Positions 11,143 through 19,194 of a stretch of 32,000 nt of DNA are shown here, one piece after another. The stretch is from assembly GCF_000189295.2 (NCBI RefSeq), contig NC_016803.1:3090001-3122000 (forward strand). Direction: 5' to 3'. Numbering within the stretch: the first letter of the stretch is position 1; each line of letters begins with the position of its first letter. A program made the position numbers and the translations under genes. The notes beneath the pieces were generated by a model. It was given only the letters and a program-made list of their open reading frames with translations. It made no database searches and had not been told where the DNA came from. The stretch comes from Pseudodesulfovibrio mercurii. GTDB taxonomy: Bacteria > Desulfobacterota > Desulfovibrionia > Desulfovibrionales > Desulfovibrionaceae.

Positions 11143-12726
11143 CTACCCGGTGACTTCGAGGATCTTGGCCTTGAGGTCGTCGGGCTTGAAGGGCTTGGTG
11201 ATGAAGGCGGTCACGCCGGTCTTGGAGGCCAGCCCCTGCTGGGAGGCCTCGGACTCGGTGGTGACCATGATGATCGGCACGTCCTCCATGCCCGGGGTGG
11301 AGCGGATCTTGCCGACCAGCTCCATGCCGTCCATGATCGGCATGTTCATGTCCGTGATGATGACCTCGAACGTCTCGCCCTGCTCGATGAACTCGTAGGC
11401 CTCCTCGCCGTTGGCGGCCATGGACGGCTCGAAACCGAGGTCCGTGAGGATGGCCCGGTGCATGGCGCACATGGAGCGCGAGTCGTCCGCTGCCAGAGCC
11501 TTGCGCGTGCCCAGGGTCAGGCTCGGCAGCCGGTCCAGGTCCTGCTCCGCGCGCATGCCGCCGATCTCGGCCAGCACGCCCCGGAATTCCTCGACGATCT
11601 CCGGGTCCCGGGACTCGGCCAGGGCGTCCACCAGGATGTCCCCGGCCCCCTGGTTGTCGTACAGGCGGTCGAAGATGGCCGTGGCCCGAGAACTGATGAC
11701 CGCCTTGGCCAGGCGGAAGGCCTGGTCGTCGGCCTTGACGATGAGGTTGGTCAGGGTGGAGATCATGCCCGGATTGACGTGCTGCTCCAGCCCTCCGATG
11801 ACGGCCATGAGGATCAGTTCGTCGGTCTCGGACAGCCCGTCCACCAGGCAGATGATGCCCTTCATGGTGCCTATGCGGCCCAGGGCCTCGTACACGGCGT
11901 AGCGCACGTTGAGGTCGTCGGCCCGGCCCTTGTCGAAGGCGGCCACCAGCCCGTCCGCGCCCGCCTTGTCGCGCAGGAAGCCCAGCACGTTGGCGGCCAG
12001 AATCCGGGTGTCCGTGTCCCCGGTCTCGAAGGCGCCCAGGAGCATGGGGATGCAGAACGGGCCCACGTTGATCAGAGCGTCGGTGATGATCCGGCGCACC
12101 GTGGGGTTCTTGTGATGCAGGGTGTTGACCAGGAAGGCGATGGTGTCCTCGGTGGCGTTGCGGGCCAGGGCGTCCACGGCCTTCCAGGTGGTGATGTCGC
12201 AGACCTCGAAGCGGTCGTCCGCCTCGCTGTCGGCAATGATCTTCTTGAATTCGGCAATGGACTGCGGGTCGCCGAGCTTGCCCAGGGCCTCGATGCACGA
12301 GGACTGGATGAACGGGTCCTGGTGGTTCAGGAACCGGCGGAACACGGGGGTGGCGGCCTCGTCGCCGATGCGCGCGAGCGAGGTCAGGATCTCCATCAGG
12401 CGGTCGATGTCCTGCTCGGTCAGGGCCAGGTCCACCAGCGGCCCCACCGCGCCCTTGAGGCCGTATTCCCCGGCCACCCGGATGCACAGGATGCTGAACC
12501 CCTCGTGCGGGTCCTTCAGTCCCTCGATGGCCTTGTCCTCGTCGCTCGACAGGACCGCGTTCAGGGCATTGACCACCATGTAGTCGATGGACGTGTCGCC
12601 AACGGGGTCCTTGAGCAGGTCCACCAGGTCGGGCAGGGCCTCCGAGTCCTTGCTTCCGGAAATCTCATTGAGGATCGTGATCTGATCCAGGAATTCCTTT
12701 TCTCTGAAGTTGTCTAGTGGTGACAT
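11143..12726 (-). CDS. HEAT-repeat protein with C-terminal CheY-like receiver domain, 527 aa
   Basis: GGAG SD. The N-terminal ~390 aa are helical HEAT/PBS-lyase-like repeats (..ALGKLGD.., ..ALGRIGT.., ..ALARIGD..). The C-terminal REC domain has all key residues: AADDS, VIITDMNMPIMDG, MVTTE, FITKPF. Confidence 0.8.
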   Translation of the reverse strand: MSPLDNFREKEFLDQITILNEISGSKDSEALPDLVDLLKDPVGDTSIDYMVVNALNAVLSSDEDKAIEGLKDPHEGFSILCIRVAGEYGLKGAVGPLVDLALTEQDIDRLMEILTSLARIGDEAATPVFRRFLNHQDPFIQSSCIEALGKLGDPQSIAEFKKIIADSEADDRFEVCDITTWKAVDALARNATEDTIAFLVNTLHHKNPTVRRIITDALINVGPFCIPMLLGAFETGDTDTRILAANVLGFLRDKAGADGLVAAFDKGRADDLNVRYAVYEALGRIGTMKGIICLVDGLSETDELILMAVIGGLEQHVNPGMISTLTNLIVKADDQAFRLAKAVISSRATAIFDRLYDNQGAGDILVDALAESRDPEIVEEFRGVLAEIGGMRAEQDLDRLPSLTLGTRKALAADDSRSMCAMHRAILTDLGFEPSMAANGEEAYEFIEQGETFEVIITDMNMPIMDGMELVGKIRSTPGMEDVPIIMVTTESEASQQGLASKTGVTAFITKPFKPDDLKAKILEVTG

Positions 12727-12759
12727 GTCGTCTCCGCGTGTTGTTGAAAAGGCTGCGGC

Positions 12760-13218
12760 CTACTCGAAGCAGAACTCGATGGTGAAGTTCCCGTCCTTGG
12801 TCTTGAAGGGGATGGCCATGATCGGGGCCTTGGCCATGTGGGAAATGGTGTGGTTGTCCCCCATGACCACGGTGGGCGTGGAGCCCTGGAACACGAGTCC
12901 CTTCTCCGCCAGCCCGGCCCTGGCCTGGCCGGAGATCATGTTGGTCAGCTCGCCCACGGCGTCCTTGACGTCCTGCATGATGTCCTCGATCTCGTCGCCG
13001 AGCATGTTCCTGACGATGGCCACGGCGCAGCCCTTGGAAAAGGAAAGGGAAACACTGCCGTTTTTCTCGCCGGTGATGCCGACCATCCCGGACACGTCGC
13101 CGGCCGCGACGTTGTTTCGCTTCACATACGGCTTGCCGACCTCGGGCTTGATGAAGGCCATGGTGGACAAGACATCTATGGCGGCTTTGATGAAGGGCTT
13201 GGCCAGTTCGACGTCCAT
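12760..13218 (-). CDS. cheX: CheX-type CheY-P phosphatase, 152 aa
   Basis: AAGGAG SD. INPFI-like start (KPFIKAAIDVL), GELTNMISG motif and size fit the CheX/CheC-like family. 33 nt upstream of the receiver gene. Confidence 0.8.
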   Translation of the reverse strand: MDVELAKPFIKAAIDVLSTMAFIKPEVGKPYVKRNNVAAGDVSGMVGITGEKNGSVSLSFSKGCAVAIVRNMLGDEIEDIMQDVKDAVGELTNMISGQARAGLAEKGLVFQGSTPTVVMGDNHTISHMAKAPIMAIPFKTKDGNFTIEFCFE

Positions 13219-13517
13219 GCTCGCTCTCCTTGAAAATGAGGGTCTGTGTATCTGTCTTCAAGTTTCCCCAATTATCCGCAATAATTAGAGAATACCCGTA
13301 AATAGCCTTCGGCGGCCAGCGCAACGGCATAGCCCCGCATTGCAAGTACCTACCCGAGGATGAGTTAACGGGTCAAGGTGTGTATAATATTAATAATACC
13401 TCCCCGCGTGTTCCGCCCGAGTCCGGTCCGGGCCGGGGGCGCGGGGGGCTGCCCCGGTCTTGACAGGGGGTACGTCCGCTCATACTTAGAGTTGAAATAC
13501 AACAGGAAGCGTGAAGC

Positions 13518-14267
13518 ATGAGCACCTACAAGATTCACCCGATCGTCATGGGCACCAAGGTCTTCGACAAAGGCATGATGACCTACCAGCACGACTACGG
13601 GACCCCGTACACCATCCCCATCTACACCTGGTACATCGAGGGCGGCGACAAGCACATCCTGGTGGATACCGGCGAGATGCAGCCCATCGTCTCCGAGGAG
13701 CGCGAAAAGGCCATCGGCGGCCACATATATACCTTCGAGGAGGGGCTGGCCAAATACGGCCTCAAGCCCGAGGACATCGACGTGGTCATCCACACCCACC
13801 TGCACAACGACCACTGCGAGAACGACTACAAGTGCGTGAACGCGACCTTCTACGTGCACGAGAAGGAGCTGGAGTCGGTCTACAACCCGCACCCGCTCGA
13901 TTTCCGCTACCTCGAGGACTACGTGGACGACGTCAAGGAGAACGGCCAGATCGTGACCGTGAACAAGGACACCGAGGTCCTGCCCGGCATCACCATGATC
14001 CACACCCCGGCCCACACCCCCGGCGGCATGTCCGTGAAGATCGAGACCGACAAGGGGTCGGTGCTCATCTGCGGCTTCTGCACCATCCTCGAGAACCTGG
14101 ATCCGCCCAAGGAGGTCCGGGCCATGGAGATGGAGGTCATTCCGCCGGGCACCAACACCGGCCCCTACGAGGCCTACGACATCCTGCTCAAGGCCCGGGA
14201 CATGGCCGACTACGTCCTGCCCCTCCACGAGCCCAAATGGGCCTCCATGGAGACCATCCCCGAATAG
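13518..14267 (+). CDS. MBL-fold metallo-hydrolase (lactonase-like), 249 aa
   Basis: HTHLHNDH zinc-binding motif plus downstream His/Asp ligands (HTPAHTPG). AGGAAG SD. Confidence 0.75.
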   Translation: MSTYKIHPIVMGTKVFDKGMMTYQHDYGTPYTIPIYTWYIEGGDKHILVDTGEMQPIVSEEREKAIGGHIYTFEEGLAKYGLKPEDIDVVIHTHLHNDHCENDYKCVNATFYVHEKELESVYNPHPLDFRYLEDYVDDVKENGQIVTVNKDTEVLPGITMIHTPAHTPGGMSVKIETDKGSVLICGFCTILENLDPPKEVRAMEMEVIPPGTNTGPYEAYDILLKARDMADYVLPLHEPKWASMETIPE

Positions 14268-14275
14268 ACGCGACA

Positions 14276-14310
14276 GGGGGCTTCCCGCACGGAAGCCCCC
14301 CGTTTTTCTT
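14276..14310 (+). terminator. Intrinsic terminator after the MBL hydrolase gene
   Basis: gggggcttcc / ggaagccccc 10-bp stem, 5-nt loop, then cgtttttctt. Confidence 0.8.
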
Positions 14311-14336
14311 GCCATGCCACAGTCTCCGGGCGTAGC

Positions 14337-15254
14337 GTGCCGAGCATGTCGCCCGTGGTCCTCGCCATCCTGCCCATCTTCGGGCTCATCCTCATCGGCT
14401 TTGTCCTGCATCGCCTCGACTTTCCCAGCGTGGGCTTCTGGCCCGTGTCCGAACGGCTGACCTACTACGTGCTCTTCCCGGCCATGCTCGTCAGCGGTCT
14501 GGCCGGGCGCCATTTCGACGCCTCCTCCATGGGGCTCGTCCTGACCCTGGTCTCGGCCGTCTGCCTGGTGGGCGCGTTCCTGGTCTTCACCCGGACCATG
14601 TTCCACCTGGACGGCCCGGTCTTCACCTCGGTCTTCCAGGGGGCCATCCGGCCCAACACCTACGTGGGAATGTCCGCCGCCGCCGCGCTCCTGGGCCCGG
14701 ACTGGATGACCCTGACCGCCGTGGCCATGCTGACCCTCATCCCCCTGGTCAACGTGCTCTGCGTCCTGGTCCTGTCGCGCCACGGCAAACACGGCGGCGG
14801 GCTGGGCCGCGTGGGCCTTGAGCTGGTCAAGAACCCGCTCATCCTGGCCTGCGTGGTCGGCATGGCCATCAGCCTGCTCGGCCTGCCCCTGCCCGGCGTG
14901 GTCACGGACCTGCTCGCCATCCTGGGCAAGGCCGCCCTGCCGCTCGGCCTGCTGGCCGTGGGCGCGGGGCTGCGCTTCGGCGGCCTGGGCGCGTCCACCC
15001 TGCCCGTGGTCCTGGCCTCCCTGGCCCACCTCGTGGCCCTGCCGCTGGCCGCCTACGGCTGCGCCCGGCTCCTCGGCGTGTCCGGCCCGGCCGTGACCAC
15101 CGCGCTCATCTACACCGCCATCCCGGTGTCCGTGTCCTCCTTCATCCTGGCCCGCCAGATGGGCGGCGACCACGAGGTCATGGCCCTGATCATCACCGCC
15201 CAGACCGTGCTCTCCGCCCTGACCATGCCCCTCGTCCTCGCCCTGCTGGGGTAG
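14337..15254 (+). CDS. AEC (auxin efflux carrier) family transporter, about 302-305 aa
   Basis: Polytopic membrane protein with the family-typical start ..VVLAILPIFGLILIGF. GTG at 14337 or ATG at 14346; no clear SD for either. Confidence 0.75.
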   Translation: MPSMSPVVLAILPIFGLILIGFVLHRLDFPSVGFWPVSERLTYYVLFPAMLVSGLAGRHFDASSMGLVLTLVSAVCLVGAFLVFTRTMFHLDGPVFTSVFQGAIRPNTYVGMSAAAALLGPDWMTLTAVAMLTLIPLVNVLCVLVLSRHGKHGGGLGRVGLELVKNPLILACVVGMAISLLGLPLPGVVTDLLAILGKAALPLGLLAVGAGLRFGGLGASTLPVVLASLAHLVALPLAAYGCARLLGVSGPAVTTALIYTAIPVSVSSFILARQMGGDHEVMALIITAQTVLSALTMPLVLALLG

Positions 15255-15266
15255 AGGGGGGGGGCA

Positions 15267-15383
15267 CCTCCGGCGGCCGGGGGAAGGGAAGGAACACCCC
15301 TTTGAGAAAAGGGGTGTTCCTTCCCTTTTCCCGGACCCCCCATCCCCACCTTTCCCTAAACTTTGTATCGCCGCTTCGCGGGG
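15267..15383 (+). repeat. Repeat family B, copy 2: abuts the AEC transporter stop codon
   Basis: Inverted relative to copy 1 on the chromosome, but in the same orientation relative to the upstream gene: stop codon, cctccggcggccgg, long hairpin, ccccatcccc, ccgcttcgcgggg. Confidence 0.8.
15284..15331 (+). terminator. Hairpin of repeat B copy 2, likely terminator of the AEC gene
   Basis: 17-bp perfect stem aagggaaggaacacccc / ggggtgttccttccctt, loop tttgagaaaa, then a short ttcc tail that continues the t-run of the stem end. Confidence 0.6.
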
Positions 15384-15508
15384 TGTGGTGGCTTATGGTC
15401 TGAATGCCGGGGCGGGGAGGTGGTTTTGCGAAACCCCTTGATTTAAGTGGGGAATTGAGTAAGTATGCCGCTGATTTCCTGTTCATGGCACCCGTCAAGG
15501 AGTATGTA

Positions 15509-16000
15509 ATGGCTAAAGATTTCAGAGAATATCTCGTCGAGGGCTACCGGACCGAGGAGTTCGGGCGCGTGTTCAAGGAACTGGCCGTGGGCTTCAAGCT
15601 GTTCGTCTCGTTCCAGGCCAGCGAGGTGCACAGCTGCACCCCGGAGGAGACCCTGGACGACATCTACGGGTACACCCACTGGGAGGTGTTCCTGCGTTCC
15701 ACCACGCCGCCCATCGACACCCCCGAGATCGGGCCATGGATGTCCCTGCGCGAGAAGGAATGGGCCGAGCCCTTCGACCGTCCCGAGTTCCAGCGGGCCA
15801 TGGTCGGCGAGTTCATCCCCACCGGGCACTGCCAGCAGATCCTCGAGGACTGCATCGCCTATGCCGTGGAAAAGGGCCACATCCAGTCCGAGGCCGAAAT
15901 CCGCACCCTGGAGCCGGACGAGGAAATCAGGAAGACCAAGGGCTGCGGCGGCTGCGCCTCCAAGAAGAAGCCCGCCAAAAAGCAGGCGGCCGCCGAATAG
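15509..16000 (+). CDS. Hypothetical protein, 163 aa, lysine-rich C-terminal tail
   Basis: ATG at 15509 preceded by caaggag, which I prefer over the track start at 15404. GC3-rich codon usage. No family recognised. Ends GCGGCASKKKPAKKQAAAE. Confidence 0.6.
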   Translation: MAKDFREYLVEGYRTEEFGRVFKELAVGFKLFVSFQASEVHSCTPEETLDDIYGYTHWEVFLRSTTPPIDTPEIGPWMSLREKEWAEPFDRPEFQRAMVGEFIPTGHCQQILEDCIAYAVEKGHIQSEAEIRTLEPDEEIRKTKGCGGCASKKKPAKKQAAAE

Positions 16001-16023
16001 GCATCCCCCTCAGCACGCAGAAA

Positions 16024-16066
16024 GGCCCGCCTGACGATCGTCCGGCGGGCCTTTTTTCATTTTTTC
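16024..16066. terminator. Bidirectional intrinsic terminator
   Basis: ggcccgcc / ggcgggcc stem flanked by aaa and ttttttcatttttt, between convergent genes. Confidence 0.8.
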
Positions 16067-16073
16067 GCGAAGG

Positions 16074-16274
16074 CTACCCGTTCACGTCCAGGACGGTCTC
16101 CACGCCGATCCTGAGACCGTCGGCAAAGAGCCCGGCCACCCGGACCGGGGAGCGGGCGGGCGCGCCGTGGGCCGTGAGCCCGGACAGGTACAGGGTGTCG
16201 TTGTGCCGGACGGCATGGCCGTAAGGCCCGAGCGGGTCGGGCCGGCCGGGATGGTTGGCGCGCCGCAGGGTCAT
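16074..16274 (-). CDS. RidA/YjgF-like mini-ORF (66 aa) lacking the central half of the fold; possible in-frame deletion remnant
   Basis: PLGPYGHAVRHNDTLYLSG matches the RidA N-terminal GPY..SG block. PARSPVRVAGL....IGVE matches the RidA C-terminal ARS.VEVA.L...IEIE block. About 60 residues between them are absent. ATGA overlap with the upstream ORF. Confidence 0.4.
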   Translation of the reverse strand: MTLRRANHPGRPDPLGPYGHAVRHNDTLYLSGLTAHGAPARSPVRVAGLFADGLRIGVETVLDVNG

Positions 16275-16477
16275 CGGCGGTCTCCTTGCGGGGGCTTGTC
16301 GCTGCGCAGGAAGGGCAGGATCACGTAGACCATCAGCGGCACGAGGATGCCGCTGACGGCCATGGTCTGCACGAACAGGGGCGGTTGCCAGGCCAGGCTG
16401 CGCACGGCGGCCGTCAACAGGGTGACGAGCAGCCAGACGCAGACCCAGACCTTGAGGACGAAGACCGGGCTAGGCAT
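16271..16477 (-). CDS. Small two-TM membrane protein, 68 aa
   Basis: Two hydrophobic spans (VFVLKVWVCVWLLVTLLTAAV and AVSGILVPLMVYVILPFL). The start overlaps the marR stop by 8 nt and the stop overlaps the next ATG (ATGA). The tight coupling supports translation. Confidence 0.5.
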   Translation of the reverse strand: MPSPVFVLKVWVCVWLLVTLLTAAVRSLAWQPPLFVQTMAVSGILVPLMVYVILPFLRSDKPPQGDRR

Positions 16478-16922
16478 GGTCGCTCTCCAGCCCCTGCATG
16501 GCCGCCTGGATGGTCTCGTAGTAGCCGGGCAGGATGGCCTCGAGCTTGTCCCGGCCCGGACCGGTCAGCCGGACGCGCTTGGCGCGCCGGTCGGTTTCGT
16601 CCGCGGCCACGGCCAGGAAGCCGTCGTCGACCAGGGACTTGAGGGTCCGGGTCATGACCGGCTTGGACACGTCGAGCTTGGAGGCCAGCTCCGTGACGGT
16701 CATCTCCTCCCGGTCCGGCTCGCGGTCGATGACCACCAGGGCCAGGTAGCGCAGCTGGGACAGGCCGTGGGCCGCGAAGTACTCGTCCATGCGGCGGATG
16801 AGCAGGCTGCCCTGTTTCATGAGCACGAGGGCCTCCATGACCACCTCGGGCCGCATGCCGGGGAAGCGCCGGTGGTAGCGCTCCAGGGTCTCGCGGGTGG
16901 GCAGTTCCTTGAGGAAGAACAC
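16470..16922 (-). CDS. MarR family transcriptional regulator, 150 aa (GTG start)
   Basis: Winged-helix core LSQLRYLALVVI......MTVTELASKLDVSKPVMTRTLKSLVDDGFL....DETDRRAKRVRLT is the canonical MarR pattern. Starts 2 nt after the hydrolase stop. Confidence 0.8.
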   Translation of the reverse strand: MFFLKELPTRETLERYHRRFPGMRPEVVMEALVLMKQGSLLIRRMDEYFAAHGLSQLRYLALVVIDREPDREEMTVTELASKLDVSKPVMTRTLKSLVDDGFLAVAADETDRRAKRVRLTGPGRDKLEAILPGYYETIQAAMQGLESDHA

Positions 16923-16924
16923 GG

Positions 16925-17548
16925 TCAGCCCTCCATGCGCGCGATGAGCTCCGCGCCGTTGGTTTCCGCGCCGAAGTGATGGACCACGTGTTTGCGCACG
17001 TGCTCGTGCTGGGCGCGCTCGAAGGCCGCGCAGGCATCCTCCACCAGGTAGGCGTTGTAGCCCATGTCGTGGGCCTCGCGCAGGGAGGACTCCACACAGA
17101 CGTGGGTCGCGAAGCCCATGAGGAAGAGGGTGTCGATGCGCCGGTTGCGCAGGAACGGGTCCAGGGTGGAGTTCTTGAGCACGCTCGCCCCGGACCGCCC
17201 GGCGACCACGAATTCGCCCCTGAGCGGCGCGAACGGCGCGGGCCGCTCAACGCCCTTGTCCCGCCAGGTCCCGGCGCGGGGGATGGCCCCCCGCAGCCCG
17301 AGCACGTCCCGGCCGCCGTTGAAGAGCAGGTAGTCGGGGTCGTCGCGCAGGTCGAGGCCCGCGTGGACCACGGTCCAGCCGTTGCTTCGGGCGGACTCGA
17401 TGATCCGCGCGCCGGTCCGCACCGCGTCCCGGAAGGCGTCGAGGTCCTTGATGACCCGCCGTTGCAGGATCCCCTCGTCCGAGAGCCATTCATTCTGGAA
17501 CTCGATGAATACGAGCGCCGAGCGCTCCTTATCTATGTCGTAAAGCAT
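16925..17548 (-). CDS. Isochorismatase-family cysteine hydrolase, 207 aa
   Basis: ATG at 17548 preceded by ggagga; the track GTG at 17560 lies inside that SD. ALVFIEFQNEW start and catalytic-Cys block GFATHVCVESSLREA. Confidence 0.8.
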   Translation of the reverse strand: MLYDIDKERSALVFIEFQNEWLSDEGILQRRVIKDLDAFRDAVRTGARIIESARSNGWTVVHAGLDLRDDPDYLLFNGGRDVLGLRGAIPRAGTWRDKGVERPAPFAPLRGEFVVAGRSGASVLKNSTLDPFLRNRRIDTLFLMGFATHVCVESSLREAHDMGYNAYLVEDACAAFERAQHEHVRKHVVHHFGAETNGAELIARMEG

Positions 17549-17583
17549 GGGTTCCTCCACGGGTTCGCCTGCCGGCGTTTATT

Positions 17584-17622
17584 GTTACCATGATAACTAA
17601 TTAGCGTCCGCCGCATTGTCAA
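17584..17622 (-). promoter_or_regulatory. Candidate promoter plus MarR operator of the hydrolase-marR operon
   Basis: Minus strand reads TTGACA (17622-17617), a 17-nt spacer, then TAGTTA. This overlaps the 14-bp near-palindrome GTTACCATGATAAC (17584-17597, 12/14 symmetric). Confidence 0.4.
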
Positions 17623-17683
17623 GGGGCGGCCGGAAGGGGAGGCGAAAGGGGAGGGGAGAGGCCGGGCGGGCCGCCGGAAGCGG

Positions 17684-18367
17684 TCAGCCGAAGAAGTAGG
17701 TCAGGACGATGACGTAGACCAGGGCGGGGAGCAGGTTGGCCAGCCGGATCTCGGTCAGTTCCAGGAGGTTGATGCCGATGCCGACGATGAGCAGACCGCC
17801 GCAGCCGGTGATCTGGGCGATCATCAGGTCCGAGAAGTACTGCTGGAAGAAGGAGGCCCCCAGGGTGATGGAGCCCTGGTACAGGAGGACCGGGATGAAC
17901 GAGAAGATGACCCCGGTGCCGTAGGTGGCGGCAAAGGCGATGGCCGCGAAGCCGTCCAGGATGGACTTGGTGTAGATGATGGTGGCGTCGCCGTGGATGC
18001 CCTCCTCCAGCGAGCCGACGATGGCCATGGCCCCGATGCAGAAGAGCAGGGAGGTGGTCACCAGGCCGTCCGTGAAGGTGGCGTTCTTGGAGTGGACCAG
18101 CTGCTTGAAGCGGTTGCCCAGCCGTTCGAACAGGGTGTCGAGGCGCAGCCATTCCCCGGTGATGCCGCCGAGGAGCACCGCGAAGATGACGATCAGGATG
18201 TTCTCCACCTTGAGTGCCATCTGGATGCCGATGAGCAGGACGCACAACCCCAGCCCCTGGAAGACGATGGACCGGATGCGCTCGGGAAAGCGGGACTGCA
18301 AAAAACAGCCTATCAGCGAACCGCCGATGATGGCGCAGGCGTTGACGATGGAACCAATGGGCAGCAT
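17684..18367 (-). CDS. DUF554 family inner-membrane protein, 227 aa
   Basis: ATG at 18367 preceded by aagga; the track start at 18466 is an extension. MLPIGSIVNACAIIGGSLIG.. start and a polytopic profile match my memory of DUF554 (YdfK/YqgA-like). Confidence 0.7.
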   Translation of the reverse strand: MLPIGSIVNACAIIGGSLIGCFLQSRFPERIRSIVFQGLGLCVLLIGIQMALKVENILIVIFAVLLGGITGEWLRLDTLFERLGNRFKQLVHSKNATFTDGLVTTSLLFCIGAMAIVGSLEEGIHGDATIIYTKSILDGFAAIAFAATYGTGVIFSFIPVLLYQGSITLGASFFQQYFSDLMIAQITGCGGLLIVGIGINLLELTEIRLANLLPALVYVIVLTYFFG

Positions 18368-18483
18368 GCGTGTTTCCTTGCTCAGACGTGGGTGTGTTGG
18401 TCCAGCGGTGCTACCACCAAGCGCAGGGCCTGACAAGGGGAATGAGGGTGCGCGCCGCCCCGGCAACGGGGGAAAAAGCGCGC

Positions 18484-19194
18484 TTATCGGAAAAGGGCGA
18501 AGACGGTCGCGCCGAGCACGTCGAGCATGCCGACCAGGACCATGAGCAGCCCGGCGATGGACCCCTCCTCGGGGCCGAGCTCGTTGGCCTTGGCCGTGCC
18601 CGCGCCGTGGGCGGCCACGCCGAGCATGGCCCCGCGCGCCAGGGCCGAGCGCAGGGGCAGCCGTTCAGCCAGGAACCCGCCCACCAAGGAGCCGAGCACG
18701 CCGGTGACGATGACGAAGACCGCCGTCAGGTCGGCCGTGCCGCCGATGTCCCTGGATACGTCCACGGCGAAGGGGGTGCTGATGGAGCGCGGCAGCAGGC
18801 TGAGGCGCAGGGTCCCGTCGATGCCCATCAGGGAGGCGAAGGCCCAGCTGGTCAGGAAGGCCGTTGCGGACCCGGCCAGCATGCCGATGCTCAGGACCGC
18901 CCAGTAGCGCCGGATGAGCCTGCGCTGCTCGTAGATGGGCACGGCGAAGGCCACCGTGACCGGCCCGAGCATGGTCAGGAGCCAGCCCGCCGAGTCGTGG
19001 TACCGGCTGTAGGGCACGTGCATGGCCCAGACCAGCAGGATGAGCAGGGCCGGGGCCAGGGCCAGGGGCATCTGCCACCATTGGTGCCAGCGGCGGTAGG
19101 CCAGCTTGGCCGCCAGGTAGAGGGCGATGGTCAGCAGGGACCAGACCACGGCCTGGACCAGGGGCTGGTTCCAGAACTCAACCGCGGCGTTCAC
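18484..19194 (-). CDS. lrgB: LrgB/CidB family membrane protein, 236 aa (GTG start)
   Basis: GGAGG SD. The start overlaps the lrgA 3' end by 17 nt. Family-typical polytopic sequence (..LTIALYLAAKLAYRR.., ..RSISTPFA..). Confidence 0.8.
   Translation of the reverse strand: MNAAVEFWNQPLVQAVVWSLLTIALYLAAKLAYRRWHQWWQMPLALAPALLILLVWAMHVPYSRYHDSAGWLLTMLGPVTVAFAVPIYEQRRLIRRYWAVLSIGMLAGSATAFLTSWAFASLMGIDGTLRLSLLPRSISTPFAVDVSRDIGGTADLTAVFVIVTGVLGSLVGGFLAERLPLRSALARGAMLGVAAHGAGTAKANELGPEEGSIAGLLMVLVGMLDVLGATVFALFR

Noticed and set aside
9976-12717. 913-aa plus-strand ORF, plus 9062-10012 and 10031-10900
   Set aside because: Out-of-frame or antisense run-ons across the lipase and HEAT-receiver genes. 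The Arg/Pro/Gly-rich translation has no motifs, whereas the chosen frames carry clear family motifs.
13272-13279. GCGGATAA (minus strand) upstream of cheX, a 7/8 match to the sigma28 -10 consensus GCCGATAA
   Set aside because: There is no acceptable TAAA-type -35 element at the required spacing. A single 8-mer match is not enough.
13460-13488. TTGACA upstream of the MBL hydrolase gene as a promoter
   Set aside because: The -35 is perfect, but the best -10 candidates (TACTTA at 17 nt, CATACT at 15 nt) are poor. I left it unannotated.
13365-15173. 602-aa minus-strand ORF
   Set aside because: Antisense to both the MBL hydrolase and the AEC transporter, and it crosses their terminator. A shadow ORF.
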